Shown here piece after piece: positions 53,081 through 62,078 of a stretch of 64,000 nt of DNA (positions are counted from its first letter, which is position 1; each line of letters opens with the position of its first letter). Position numbers and translations under genes: made by a program. The stretch covers positions 20,948 to 84,947 of the forward strand of contig JBBUAP010000002.1 in assembly GCA_038058635.1 (NCBI GenBank), written 5' to 3'. The stretch is from Patescibacteria group bacterium (GTDB taxonomy: Bacteria > Patescibacteriota > UBA1384 > 2-12-FULL-50-11). The notes under the pieces are model-generated. The model searched no databases and was not told the DNA's origin. It was given only the letters and a program-made list of their open reading frames with translations.

Positions 53081-53683
53081 TCATAGGTTTTTAGCTAAAT
53101 TATCTTTAACCATTTTTTTAACAATATCTTCAATCTCTTTGCCACCAGTATCTTTGTGGCGAATCAGACCGGCGATACTATCAGCCAACCTGATTAAGGC
53201 ACTACTTTGATCTTTGAGACCTCTAACTTTTCCGTGAATTCCGGCCCGATGCAGAATTTTGCTGGTCTTTTGTCTTTCCCTCTCATTTAGACCATCAACG
53301 ATAACCGTCGCTTTGTAGCTCTTGATATGGCGTGATTGGGCGTAGAGATTAAGGGCTTGAGTAATAACAATCGCTGTCAAATCTTGGTAGGATTTGGTGT
53401 CTGTGTATTCGCGATAGAATATTTTACCCTTAAGCCAGGTCGGCTTGAGTGAGAGTTCTAGATATTTGATTCGGCGGTCGGGTTTGGTATTTGTCCATTT
53501 GATCTTTCCTCGTCCGCTCTCATGTTCGCATCGCTCCAAAAACTCCTCTATTTTTTCTTTTTCCGTTCCCGTTACAACAGCAACTACAATAAAAAGCTTT
53601 CCAAGAGTATCTTGTCCTGTTTCGTCAACAAAACAGTAAAGCTTTTCAGTTTTCGAGGACGGCGACTTTTTTGACACAGTCAT
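53081..53683 (-). CDS. DUF3800-family protein
   Basis: N-terminus LYCFVDETGQDTLGKLFIVVAVV matches the DUF3800 DESG motif region. 200 aa. Confidence 0.55.
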   Translation of the reverse strand: MTVSKKSPSSKTEKLYCFVDETGQDTLGKLFIVVAVVTGTEKEKIEEFLERCEHESGRGKIKWTNTKPDRRIKYLELSLKPTWLKGKIFYREYTDTKSYQDLTAIVITQALNLYAQSRHIKSYKATVIVDGLNERERQKTSKILHRAGIHGKVRGLKDQSSALIRLADSIAGLIRHKDTGGKEIEDIVKKMVKDNLAKNL

Positions 53684-53805
53684 ACTCTAAAACTCCCCCT
53701 CTCCCCTGTAAGTGGATAAATTCAAACCCTCCATGTATATTTACCATGCCTACTTTTCTCGGGGTCGTCAACTAAATTAACAGGTTCAAAAAAAGAGATA
53801 CAACC

Positions 53806-53834
53806 AATCTTCAAAGGCCAGGCCTTTGAAGATT
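53806..53834. repeat. REP-like perfect palindrome (type a), abutting the stop of RAYT-like gene 1
   Basis: aatcttcaaaggcc-a-ggcctttgaagatt, a 14-bp stem. Confidence 0.85.
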
Positions 53835-53835
53835 C

Positions 53836-54522
53836 TTAATCAAGAGTCAAATGCTGGATTACCTCGAGATCGTCCTGTGCTTTGGCGTAGTCTTCGATGA
53901 AAAATTGATAATTACGACTGGTAGATCGTAGATCCCTCTTATCTTTAGCGGCAAATAACCCAAGAGGAATCCCTGGGTCTAGCCAAGGATTTTCGCGTCG
54001 TTCTAAGTAGTTCGCATATGAACAGTAGGGATAGTCGCGAAGTTCGTCTAGGGAAACGCCAAGATCTAAGGGGTTTAAGTTAATATAGCGCGATAAATGT
54101 GCTAATTGCTCATCGGTTTTTACCAGCACCGCCTTATACCTTCCTTGGAATAAACTACCGACTCGTTCGTAGCGCTTATTGAAGTAGACGCAATATCGAG
54201 ATGATAAGGACTGCAAGAAATCTTTCATTGCAGTCATATTGCTTTGATGAACAAGAAGGTGGAAATGGTTTGGCATTAAAGCGAATGCTTCAAGTGTTAT
54301 TACATCACCGTAGTTTCGTCGAGAATAATAATCTCCGCTCGTCTTGAGCTGGTCTTGCTTGGCATCGTTGAGAATCGGCTGGGATAGGTACTCTCTCAGA
54401 TAATTCAAAAAGACTTTATAGTCCTGAGGAGAGGCGAATATCTCCCTTTTTTCAACACCCCGATTATAGACATGATAATGGCCGTGTTCGACATATGTCT
54501 TTCGTGAATTTTTCTGAGGCAT
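53836..54522 (-). CDS. REP-associated tyrosine transposase-like protein (IS200/IS605 TnpA-like HuH Y1 family, COG1943-type), copy 1
   Basis: HuH motif in MPNHFHLLVHQ. C-terminal helix GSLFQGRYKAVLV...LSRYINLNPLD with the conserved Tyr, comparable to HVDYIYINPVKHG of RAYTs. N-terminus GHYHVYNRGVEKREIF. Flanked on both sides by palindromes. Confidence 0.75.
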   Translation of the reverse strand: MPQKNSRKTYVEHGHYHVYNRGVEKREIFASPQDYKVFLNYLREYLSQPILNDAKQDQLKTSGDYYSRRNYGDVITLEAFALMPNHFHLLVHQSNMTAMKDFLQSLSSRYCVYFNKRYERVGSLFQGRYKAVLVKTDEQLAHLSRYINLNPLDLGVSLDELRDYPYCSYANYLERRENPWLDPGIPLGLFAAKDKRDLRSTSRNYQFFIEDYAKAQDDLEVIQHLTLD

Positions 54523-54545
54523 ATATCCATATTAGTCAGGATTCT

Positions 54546-54578
54546 CCAATCTTCAAAGGCCTGGCCTTTGAAGATTGG
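54546..54578. repeat. REP-like perfect palindrome (type a), 24 nt upstream of the RAYT-1 start and 5 nt after the PEBP stop
   Basis: ccaatcttcaaaggcc-t-ggcctttgaagattgg, a 16-bp stem. Confidence 0.85.
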
Positions 54579-54582
54579 GTTT

Positions 54583-55263
54583 TTACTTTTTTGCGCGGGT
54601 GTAGCTGGCGGTGATCTTGTATTTGGCGATTGAGTTGTTTTCGATAACTTTTTTGGCTTCGGTCAGGCCGACATCGGAAGTAATGGGCAGAGAGTCTTTT
54701 TCAATGAAATATAGAGCGAAGACATACTTGTGGGTTTCGCCTTCTGGTGGGCAAGGACCGCCGTAAGCAAAATTGCCGAATATATTGCGACCGATCGTGC
54801 CAGGAGGACGAATGCCTTGGGTAAATTTTGTTGTAGAGGCGGGAATATTCCAAACCATCATGTGAGCTCGGTAAGGGGAGTCGGCAAACTCTTTCTTGTC
54901 CAAGTCTTGATCTTCGACGATAAAAGCCAAGCTCTTGGCTTCCGCGGGGGTATCCTTGATAGTGAACTCGGGACTAAGATTGTCGCCATCACAGGTAAAC
55001 TGGGCGGGCAGTGTACCACCATTTTTGAAGGAAGGACTACCGAGTTTATTTCCCGTTTCGGAATCGGCTTCACGCTGATTATTCCACGCCATACCAGAGA
55101 AACCGATTATCACAATCAAAATCAGCATAGCGATGTTGTAGGGGTTTCGGAAAAAACGAACTATCCATATCTGAGGTCGTCTCGGTAACCAGGTCAAAAT
55201 GATGGCTATGTTAGTCAGCCTCGGCAGTCGTAATTTTGGAAATGGTACTTTCGGTAGTCGCAT
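54583..55263 (-). CDS. YbhB/YbcL-type phosphatidylethanolamine-binding protein (PEBP/RKIP) family, membrane-anchored
   Basis: GGTLPAQFTCDGDNLSPEF...SLAFIVEDQD...VWNIPA...GPCPPEGETHKYVFALYF is the bacterial PEBP signature. N-terminal TM. The likely start is an internal Met (MLILIVIIGF...). Confidence 0.7.
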   Translation of the reverse strand: MRLPKVPFPKLRLPRLTNIAIILTWLPRRPQIWIVRFFRNPYNIAMLILIVIIGFSGMAWNNQREADSETGNKLGSPSFKNGGTLPAQFTCDGDNLSPEFTIKDTPAEAKSLAFIVEDQDLDKKEFADSPYRAHMMVWNIPASTTKFTQGIRPPGTIGRNIFGNFAYGGPCPPEGETHKYVFALYFIEKDSLPITSDVGLTEAKKVIENNSIAKYKITASYTRAKK

Positions 55264-55317
55264 GTTCTTAAGTAACCTTAACCAGCACTAAAGCACAAGC
55301 TGTATGGTTGCCTCAGA

Positions 55318-55360
55318 AAGTACCACACCATAAAGGCCAGGCCTTTATGGTGTGGTACTT
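55318..55360. repeat. REP-like perfect palindrome (type b), overlapping the stop codon of RAYT-like gene 2
   Basis: aagtaccacaccataaaggcc-a-ggcctttatggtgtggtactt, a roughly 21-bp stem. Same AAAGGCC-N-GGCCTTT core as type a. Confidence 0.85.
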
Positions 55361-56028
55361 AATCAATTATTAAGTGCTTAATAATTTCCGATTGTTTATT
55401 GTCTTCACCCTCAACAAACTGTCGGTAGAACCTCTCTGGAGTGCGATTCGCATTACCCCGAAACAGATCTAGAACGATATTCTTGTTCAGCCACGATTGG
55501 TGACGCTTGCCTAAATAGCCGGGGTATGAGGAGTATCTGAAGTCTTCAAGAGAGGTCACCGATTTGTCTAAATCGATCGGGTTCAGGTGAATATATCTCG
55601 AAAGATGGACAAGTTGCTCATCTGTCTTAACTGTAACCGCCTTGTACCTACCCTGGAATAAACTCCCAACCCGATCGTAGCGCTTATTGAAATAGACGGT
55701 GTAGCGCGTGGAGAGAGACTGAAGAAACTCTTGCATCGCATCGATGTTTTCTTGTCGAATCAATAAATGAAAGTGATTTGGCATTAAGACATAAGCTCCA
55801 AGCTGGATGACGTTGGTATAGCATTTTATCTGATAGCGTTTCTCGTTTGTATGAATATCATTACTCGAAGTGTCTAGAATGGGTGGGGAAAGATATTCAC
55901 GGAGGTAAGTTAGAAAAACTTTATAGTCTTGCTCTGAGTCAAAAATATTTCTCTTCTCAACACCTCGGTTGTAGATATGGTAATAACCATGCTCTAAATA
56001 TGTTTTGCGAGAATTGCGCTGAGGCATA
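55359..56028 (-). CDS. REP-associated tyrosine transposase-like protein (HuH Y1 family), copy 2
   Basis: MPQRNSRKTYLEHGYYHIYNRGVEKRNIF...MPNHFHLLIRQ...GSLFQGRYKAVTV...LSRYIHLNPIDL. About 65% identical to copy 1. The track ORF extends to 56141 through the upstream palindrome. Start set at the Met homologous to copy 1. Confidence 0.75.
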
Positions 56029-56045
56029 ATTAAATGGTACACCAT

Positions 56046-56088
56046 ACCACCACACCATAAAGGCCAGGCCTTTATGGTGTGGTGGTAG
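56046..56088. repeat. REP-like perfect palindrome (type b), upstream of RAYT-like gene 2
   Basis: taccaccacaccataaaggcc-a-ggcctttatggtgtggtggta, a 21-bp stem. Confidence 0.85.
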
Positions 56089-56126
56089 TAGAGACAGATA
56101 GGGTCACCTCTGTTACTATTGGTTGA

Positions 56127-57302
56127 ATGGAAATCAAGCATCAGCTGTTACCCAAATCACGACTTCAATATGTTGTTGAGCTCACAGCCGAGGAAGTAGC
56201 AGTGCATTTTGAGCACGCTCTTGAGCTTCTATCCAAGTCAGTTAAGTTAGCTGGTTTCCGTCCTGGTAAAGCCCCGGCTAATTTAGTCAAAGAACAGATC
56301 GAACAGACTAAACTTCGTGAAGAGGCGTACAGCTTAGCGGTACAAGCCGCTTGGCGCGAAATAATAAAAGACATAAAAGAAATTCCCATTCAGGATCCGG
56401 AAGTTGAGTTAAGAGACTTTGAAGATAATAAAGAAGCGACGATTGTTTTTGCTTTTGATGTCCGGCCGGAGGTTAAAGTTGGCTCGTGGCAAAAAATCAA
56501 ACTCAGCAAAACCAAAGAGGAAGAGGTGAACGACGCCGAAGTCAATGAACTGATTGATTCGCTCCGTCGAGCTCACGCCAAAACAATTGCTAAACTCACT
56601 CCCGCCGCGTCGGGCGACAAAGTCCATGTCAATTTCACCGGAGCACTTGGTGGTGTACGTCAAGATAAACTATCAAGTAAGGAGTTCCCTTTAATAATTG
56701 GCCAAGCTAACACCATCCCGGGTTTTGATGAACAAGTCATCGGGCTGAAAAAAGGCGACACCAAAAAGTTTGCACTAACCTTCCCTAAAGACCATTTTGA
56801 TAAAACTCTAGCGGCCAAGTTAGTCGATTTCGAAGCCGAAGTGACCGAAGTATTTGATGTTATTTTGCCGGAACTAAACGACGAGTTTGCCAAGCGTTTT
56901 GGCCATACAAAAGCCGAACAATTAATTAAAGCCATCCGAGAGGATATTGGTAACCGAAAGAAAGACGAACAATTTATTAGTCAAAAAGCTCGCTGGTTGT
57001 CAGAGTTTGAAAAGCTAGTGAAATGCGACTTGCCGGAATCATTGATTGCAGCCGAAGTGGAGCGCTCACGCGAGGCCTGGCGAGCATTTTTACAAGAGCG
57101 ACATATAAATGAGGGCGAGTGGCTGAAGACTCGGGAGATTACATTAGAGCAGTTAGAAAAGGATTGGCATAAGGCCGCTGAGTCCTCTGTTAAAATTGGC
57201 TTAGGTCTGGCGGAAGTCGCCAAAGAGATGAAGAAAGAGATGAAGTCCAACGAGGAATTTCAGGCACTTCTCGACGACCTCGTCAAGAAAGCGATTCAGT
57301 AA
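56127..57302 (+). CDS. tig: trigger factor (short, 391 aa)
   Basis: N-terminal ribosome-binding signature AGFRPGKAP, a PPIase-like middle domain, and a C-terminal helical arm. Confidence 0.9.
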   Translation: MEIKHQLLPKSRLQYVVELTAEEVAVHFEHALELLSKSVKLAGFRPGKAPANLVKEQIEQTKLREEAYSLAVQAAWREIIKDIKEIPIQDPEVELRDFEDNKEATIVFAFDVRPEVKVGSWQKIKLSKTKEEEVNDAEVNELIDSLRRAHAKTIAKLTPAASGDKVHVNFTGALGGVRQDKLSSKEFPLIIGQANTIPGFDEQVIGLKKGDTKKFALTFPKDHFDKTLAAKLVDFEAEVTEVFDVILPELNDEFAKRFGHTKAEQLIKAIREDIGNRKKDEQFISQKARWLSEFEKLVKCDLPESLIAAEVERSREAWRAFLQERHINEGEWLKTREITLEQLEKDWHKAAESSVKIGLGLAEVAKEMKKEMKSNEEFQALLDDLVKKAIQ

Positions 57303-57324
57303 CGGTTTGTGCTAAAATAACCTC

Positions 57325-57591
57325 ATGAGCAGAGAAGCGACTAAATTACTGCGTTACCGAGCGATTTTTCGACCCGAACCAGAAGGCGGCTTTACCGTGA
57401 CGGTGCCGTCGTTACCCGGTTGCATTACCTATGGTGAAAATTTAATCGAGGCCAAAGTTATGGGTCAAGAAGCAATCGAGCTTTATCTGGAAGATTTACA
57501 ATCTCGCAATGAGTCATTGCCAAACGACAACGATGCCTACATGACTGATATCGAGGTAGTTAGTCCCGAAAAAGTTCCGGCGCATGCCTGA
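57325..57591 (+). CDS. hicB: HicB-like (UPF0150) antitoxin-fold protein, copy 1
   Basis: YRAIFRPEPEGGFTVTVPSLPGCITYGENLIEAKVMGQEAIELYLED matches the UPF0150/HicB N-domain consensus. ATGCCTGA overlap with the following hicA reading frame. Confidence 0.6.
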   Translation: MSREATKLLRYRAIFRPEPEGGFTVTVPSLPGCITYGENLIEAKVMGQEAIELYLEDLQSRNESLPNDNDAYMTDIEVVSPEKVPAHA

Positions 57592-57941
57592 TTCATTGAC
57601 ATCAAGCCAGGTGATTAAGTTGCTCAAGCAAAATGGTTTTCTAGAGCTTGCTTACAATCTCATCAGATAGCTACAAACGGCTAATTTTGGCTACAAAATG
57701 CGAATTAATCGTCGAGGTAGTTACGACTATCACTCCTCATAATTCATCATTTTTCGCTCAAAATTATCTCGTTTTCGCTTCAAGAAAAGATTGTAAACAA
57801 GCTCTACTGACTCGCCAAAAAGGTAGTCATCAAATTTTCTACAACTCTACCACTAAACGACGAGTCACCGTCCCGTTTCACCGTCGCGATCTACCCAAAG
57901 GCACGCTCAACGACATTCTCAAACAAGCGGGTCTAAAGTAA
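57583..57941 (+). pseudogene. hicA: hicA-like toxin gene disrupted by a roughly 140-150-bp insertion with frame change
   Basis: N-terminal part MPDSLTSSQVIKLLKQNGFLE (57583..57645) ends at a stop. The C-terminal HicA part LTRQKGSHQIFYN...[27 protein letters not shown] continues in another frame (57648..57941) after inserted sequence. Confidence 0.5.
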
Positions 57942-57982
57942 TTCCATTGACCCATTGTCAAGTTTGCTTTACAATTTTCACC

Positions 57983-58579
57983 ATGCCTAAAGAGATTCAA
58001 AATCAGATACTAGTGCCGATGGTCATTGAGAAAACCCAGTTTGGCGAACGGGCTTACGATATCTTTTCCCGTCTGCTGAAAGACCGGATTATTTTTGTCG
58101 GAGGTGGGATTGACGATCATGTCGCTAATTTAATTATGGCCCAGCTACTCTTTTTGGAATCAGAAAATTCCACCAAAGATATCCAAATGTATATTAATTC
58201 CCCCGGCGGTTCAGTTTCGGCTGGCTTGGCGATTTACGACACGATGAACCACATCAAGCCGGATATTTCGACAATTTGTATGGGAATGGCCGCTTCGATG
58301 GGGGCATTTTTGCTCGCTGGCGGTGCAGCCGGTAAGCGTTTTTCACTGCCGAACGCGCGGATGATGTTACATCAAGTCGCCGGTGGTATGGAAGGTCAAG
58401 CCAGTGACATTGAGATTGAAGCCAAGGAGATCGTCCGGATTAAAAAGCTGATGAACGAAATCTTGGCCAAAAACACCGGCCAAAAACTGACCAAAGTGGA
58501 ACACGACACCGATCGAAATCTCTGGATGTCGCCCGACGAAGCCAAGACCTACGGGTTGATTGATAAAGTGCTGAGTTAG
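57983..58579 (+). CDS. clpP: ATP-dependent Clp protease proteolytic subunit
   Basis: [41 protein letters not shown]...[11 protein letters not shown] (Ser)...MLHQVAGG (His)...catalytic triad context. Confidence 0.92.
   Translation: MPKEIQNQILVPMVIEKTQFGERAYDIFSRLLKDRIIFVGGGIDDHVANLIMAQLLFLESENSTKDIQMYINSPGGSVSAGLAIYDTMNHIKPDISTICMGMAASMGAFLLAGGAAGKRFSLPNARMMLHQVAGGMEGQASDIEIEAKEIVRIKKLMNEILAKNTGQKLTKVEHDTDRNLWMSPDEAKTYGLIDKVLS
58521..58575. repeat. direct repeat copy 1 (clpP 3' end)
   Basis: tctggatgtcgcccgacgaagccaagacctacgggttg... is repeated at 59070 (41/42 identical, then more diverged). Confidence 0.8.
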
Positions 58580-58628
58580 CACCTCTTCCATATATCGAAC
58601 CAAAGATTTCTGTTAGCATAAAGCCATA

Positions 58629-58835
58629 ATGAAGCTATCAATTACTCTTTTTAAGGACGAGGACGGGATTTTTATTGCCGAGTGTCCTTCAATTCCTGGT
58701 TGTATTAGCCAAGGCAATACCGAAACAGAGGCATTGCGTAATGTTCGAGAGGCCATTAAAGATTGCTTAGAAGTTCGAGCGGAGCTCGGTCTTCCCAGCA
58801 CAGTTGCGACTAGGCAAGTTGAAGTCAGTGTCTAA
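58629..58835 (+). CDS. hicB: HicB-like (UPF0150) antitoxin-fold protein, copy 2
   Basis: MKLSITLFKDEDGIFIAECPSIPGCISQGNTETEALRNVREAIKDCLE. TAATG overlap with hicA. Confidence 0.6.
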   Translation: MKLSITLFKDEDGIFIAECPSIPGCISQGNTETEALRNVREAIKDCLEVRAELGLPSTVATRQVEVSV

Positions 58836-59062
58836 TGCCTTCCGTTCCGGTTTTGAAACCCCGGCAAGTCGTCAGGGCGTTTGAGAATCTGGGTTGGGAA
58901 GTTGCGAGACAAAAAGGTAGCCACATCATTTTAGTTAAGGAAGGGCAGATCGCGACTCTGTCAGTGCCGAATCACTCCGAGGTTGCCCGAGGGACTTTGA
59001 GAAGTTTAATTAACAGAGCTGGATTGACCATCGACGAATTTCTGATGGCTATCAAAAAATAA
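58835..59062 (+). CDS. hicA: HicA-family mRNA interferase toxin (intact)
   Basis: VVRAFENLGWEVARQKGSHIILVKEGQIATLSVPNHSEVARGTLRSLINRAGL matches YcfA/HicA. Confidence 0.7.
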   Translation: MPSVPVLKPRQVVRAFENLGWEVARQKGSHIILVKEGQIATLSVPNHSEVARGTLRSLINRAGLTIDEFLMAIKK

Positions 59063-59069
59063 TAAGAAT

Positions 59070-59128
59070 TCTGGATGTCGCCTGACGAAGCCAAGACCTA
59101 CGGGTTGGTAGACAAAGTTTTTTCTAAA
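59070..59128. repeat. direct repeat copy 2: displaced duplicate of the clpP 3' end (would encode ...[22 protein letters not shown])
   Basis: tctggatgtcgcctgacgaagccaagacctacgggttggtagacaaagtt. Brackets the 0.49-kb hicBA-2 cassette. Confidence 0.8.
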
Positions 59129-59143
59129 TTATGGCTATAAAAA

Positions 59144-59461
59144 CTACAAACACCCGATCCCATACGCACAGCCAACAAGTAGAAGAATTAACCACGATAC
59201 CGGGACAAGTATAAGGTTAAGTATAGCCAGCCACTTGAACGATTTTTTGATCGTCGCAGCAATGCTAAAGGCCAATGTGAGTGGTAGCAGAATGCTCGAC
59301 ATAATCTTGAAATCGAAGGCTTCACCATATGGAAGAAACATTGATTTAAGCGAAGTTATAAAGTAACCGAGCACAAAAATGGTGCCCAAAATCGCATACC
59401 ACCTTGAATGGTCCGTCTTGGCTGATTCTTGAGGGGGTCGAGTACTATCTTGTGAATCCAT
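59144..59461 (-). CDS. small hypothetical membrane protein (3 TM)
   Basis: 105 aa. Confidence 0.3.
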   Translation of the reverse strand: MDSQDSTRPPQESAKTDHSRWYAILGTIFVLGYFITSLKSMFLPYGEAFDFKIMSSILLPLTLAFSIAATIKKSFKWLAILNLILVPVSWLILLLVGCAYGIGCL

Positions 59462-59469
59462 ACTTTGCT

Positions 59470-59560
59470 AAATAATAGCTTGCATTTATATAAATTATAT
59501 AATAACTGAGAAGTGGGCGAAACAGCCCCTTGACGACTCGCTTTATATCTAATAAACTTC
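59470..59560 (+). promoter_or_regulatory. AT-rich putative rRNA promoter region (TTGCAT ... TATAAT; TTGACG ... TAATAA)
   Basis: Hexamers are visible but with sub-optimal spacing. Assignment is tentative. Confidence 0.3.
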
Positions 59561-59881
59561 TACTAAGTTCTAAGTCCTTTCCGACCACGGGGCCGAAACG
59601 GAATTACAATTAGCTTATTAACAATTGACACAACCGTCAGTTGAGTGTTTTCTGCCCCCGCAGAATCATTCAAGCATTTGGCGGTTGCAAGAATGCCAGT
59701 TTACGAGAATGGTTATTCTTCGCTTCATGCGAAGAAGATGCACCAAGGGCGTAAGCCCCTGGAGCATTATTTAACTCGTACCCCTGCGCAAAGCGCAGAG
59801 CTGCTAGCCACTGGCTGGTGGCTTCTAGCTGAGTACAGGGTGCACGGAAGCTTTATGCTTCTATATATGAGAGTTTGATCA

Positions 59882-59913
<32 letters not shown>

Positions 59914-60210
59914 AACATGCAAGTCGAATGGGTTAGACCCATGGCGAACGGGTGAGTAATGCACAAGAACTTGCTCCGAAGTTGGGGATATCCCCTCGAA
60001 AGAGGGAGTAACACCCAATGGTCTCAGCCCCAGTTTAAGGAAGAGACTACCAATAATTTGGTTAGTCGTTGCTTTAAACTGGAGCTGAGTAAAAATTTAT
60101 TGCTTCGGAAGAGGCTTGTGTCCTATCAGCTAGTTGGTGAGGTAATGGCTTACCAAGGCGATGACGGGTAGTTGGTCTGAGAGGATGACCAGCCACAGTG
60201 GAACTGAGAT

Positions 60211-60951
60211 AAAATTTTGTCTCCATGGTAAAGAAATTTCCATGTAAAATTTGGCTAATAACGGTGAAACCCTACTTCATATCAGGTATACTGATATGAG
60301 TATGAGGGCAATACCGTGGGAAGTCGGATGCATAAGTTAGGTAGTGAAAAGTTAGCCTACATTGCGGGGTTTCTTGACGGCGATGGCTGTATTGCCATCA
60401 ATTATGAAAAACGAGAAACCTGCAAATTAGGCTATCGAGTTAGGGTGCGAGTGAGTTTTACCCAAATCTCTACTCGCAGGAAAGTGCTTGATAAACTGTT
60501 TTCCTGGATTAAGTCGGGAACAGTTGATGAATATGAGCACAATCATATGGCGGAGTATGTTATTCGCGATCAGCAGGTTGTGAATAGCCTGCTCAACGAA
60601 TTATTACCCTTTCTCATTGTTAAGAAGGAACATGCGAAATTAGCACTGAAAGTTCTGGAACTAAAACAGGAAAAATACAGTGTCAAATCGCTCAATGAAA
60701 TGCGGCAGTGCGCCATTTCATTGCGAAGTTTAAATCACTACCCCAAACGAATCCATCTTGACCCCGTAACGACTGAGGCTTAAGTGCCGAGACTTCGACA
60801 ATTCGTTGTCGGGGTAAGACGCCAACCCCTCCTCCATACTCAAATATGGAAAGGGTGAAGATATACACTTCTAGCGAAGTGGTTTCTTCACTCCACGGTA
60901 GTGGAGAGGGTGAAGATATAGTCTGCGCCACTAGTAATAGTGGGTAACGTG
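60211..60951 (+). mobile_element. 16S intron 1 (after about E. coli position 328), group-I-like (5' exon ends in U, intron ends in G)
   Basis: Exon sequence ...GGAACTGAGAT | ... | ACGGTCCACACTCCTACGGG. Contains a repeated gggtgaagatata motif downstream of its ORF. Confidence 0.75.
60316..60783 (+). CDS. LAGLIDADG homing endonuclease (single-motif, homodimer type), intron 1
   Basis: LAYIAGFLDGDGCI motif. 155 aa. Confidence 0.8.
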   Translation: MGSRMHKLGSEKLAYIAGFLDGDGCIAINYEKRETCKLGYRVRVRVSFTQISTRRKVLDKLFSWIKSGTVDEYEHNHMAEYVIRDQQVVNSLLNELLPFLIVKKEHAKLALKVLELKQEKYSVKSLNEMRQCAISLRSLNHYPKRIHLDPVTTEA

Positions 60952-61019
60952 ACGGTCCACACTCCTACGGGAGGCAGCAGTTGGGAATCGTCGGCAATGC
61001 CCGAAAGGGTGACCGCGCG

Positions 61020-61057
<38 letters not shown>

Positions 61058-61114
61058 TCTTTTATGAGGGATGATTATGACAGTACCTCAAGAATAAGGG
61101 GCTGCTAACTACGT

Positions 61115-62078
61115 GAAACTTGAAATAAAGTTTGGCGCGTAGAAACCTGGTAACAGGTTAGAGAAAATTCCACTATATGCTGGAACACTCTGGAAATGAA
61201 CAAATACTCGCCCACCTGGGCAGTGAAAATTTTGTTTAAACCCGCAAAGTCCACCGCTGGACAGCAATGGGTTCTGGAGCAATCAGCAGGGAAGAGCATC
61301 TCGCTTGAAAAGCGAGGGTAAACTCCCCCCAGAGACTACACGTGGAACCCGATAATGCTAGGATGGTGATATGTCGCTGTTAACACAGCTCGTATCATCG
61401 TTCGATGATGATATGTCGCCGCTTTGCGGCTCGTATCATCACCTCGAGCACTCGGTGATGATATAGTCCAAGCAAGAAGAATGACAGAAAGAGTGAAAGA
61501 GATATTGATTGGTGTAACCCTAGGTGACGGATATTTAACGTCTTTTAGTGGGAAGAGCCAAAAATCCAGCCTAGATATGAAAGTGGCTGAAGATAAATAT
61601 CAGTATCTAAATTGGCTCCGTCACGAGCTCGCAGAGCTAGGCGGATCCGGACTGACTAAAAGAAGTGATAATAATCAATTCCGGCTAGTCACCCAAAGAA
61701 ATTTGGAGATTGGTCGAATACGAACACTTTTCTATCCTAACGGAAAGAAATGTATTCCAAGTAACATCGACCAACTTCTAATCAGTCCGTTAACATTGGC
61801 GATATGGTATCAGGATGATGGTACGCTCGATTATCGAGATAAGTATCATTACAACGCCTTGTTTGCCACTCACCGTTTCTCGCATTCCGGTTGCGAATTA
61901 TTGACATCGGCTCTTCAAAAAAACTTCGGACTTGATGTTCGAGTTTGCCGATGCCAGATGCGAGGCAAAGTTAATTATAGACTTTATGTCGTGTCGAAAA
62001 GCATGGATCGTTTTCTTGGCCTAATTCGGCCATATATCCATCCTTGCTTTCAATATAAAATTCGTGATCTGAAAGCAA
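61115..62078 (+). mobile_element. 16S intron 2 at the S516-equivalent site (CGU|GCCAGCAG)
   Basis: ...GGGGCTGCTAACTACGT | ... | GCCAGCAGCAGCGGTAATAC. The 5' end of the intron carries repeated tcgtatcatc / gatgatat hairpin words. Confidence 0.75.

Noticed and set aside
52800-53084. 94-aa minus-strand ORF between the giant gene and the DUF3800 gene
   Set aside because: Overlaps the giant-gene start and the promoter/hairpin region. Arg-rich low-complexity translation with no SD.
55359-56141. Longer 260-aa version of RAYT-like gene 2 starting at 56141
   Set aside because: The extra 38 N-terminal codons run through the upstream 21-bp palindrome and overlap the tig start. The paralog alignment and the Met at about 56028 support the shorter gene.
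60692-60931. 79-aa minus-strand ORF within 16S intron 1
   Set aside because: Antisense to the structured 3' part of the intron and overlapping the homing-endonuclease gene end. No motif.
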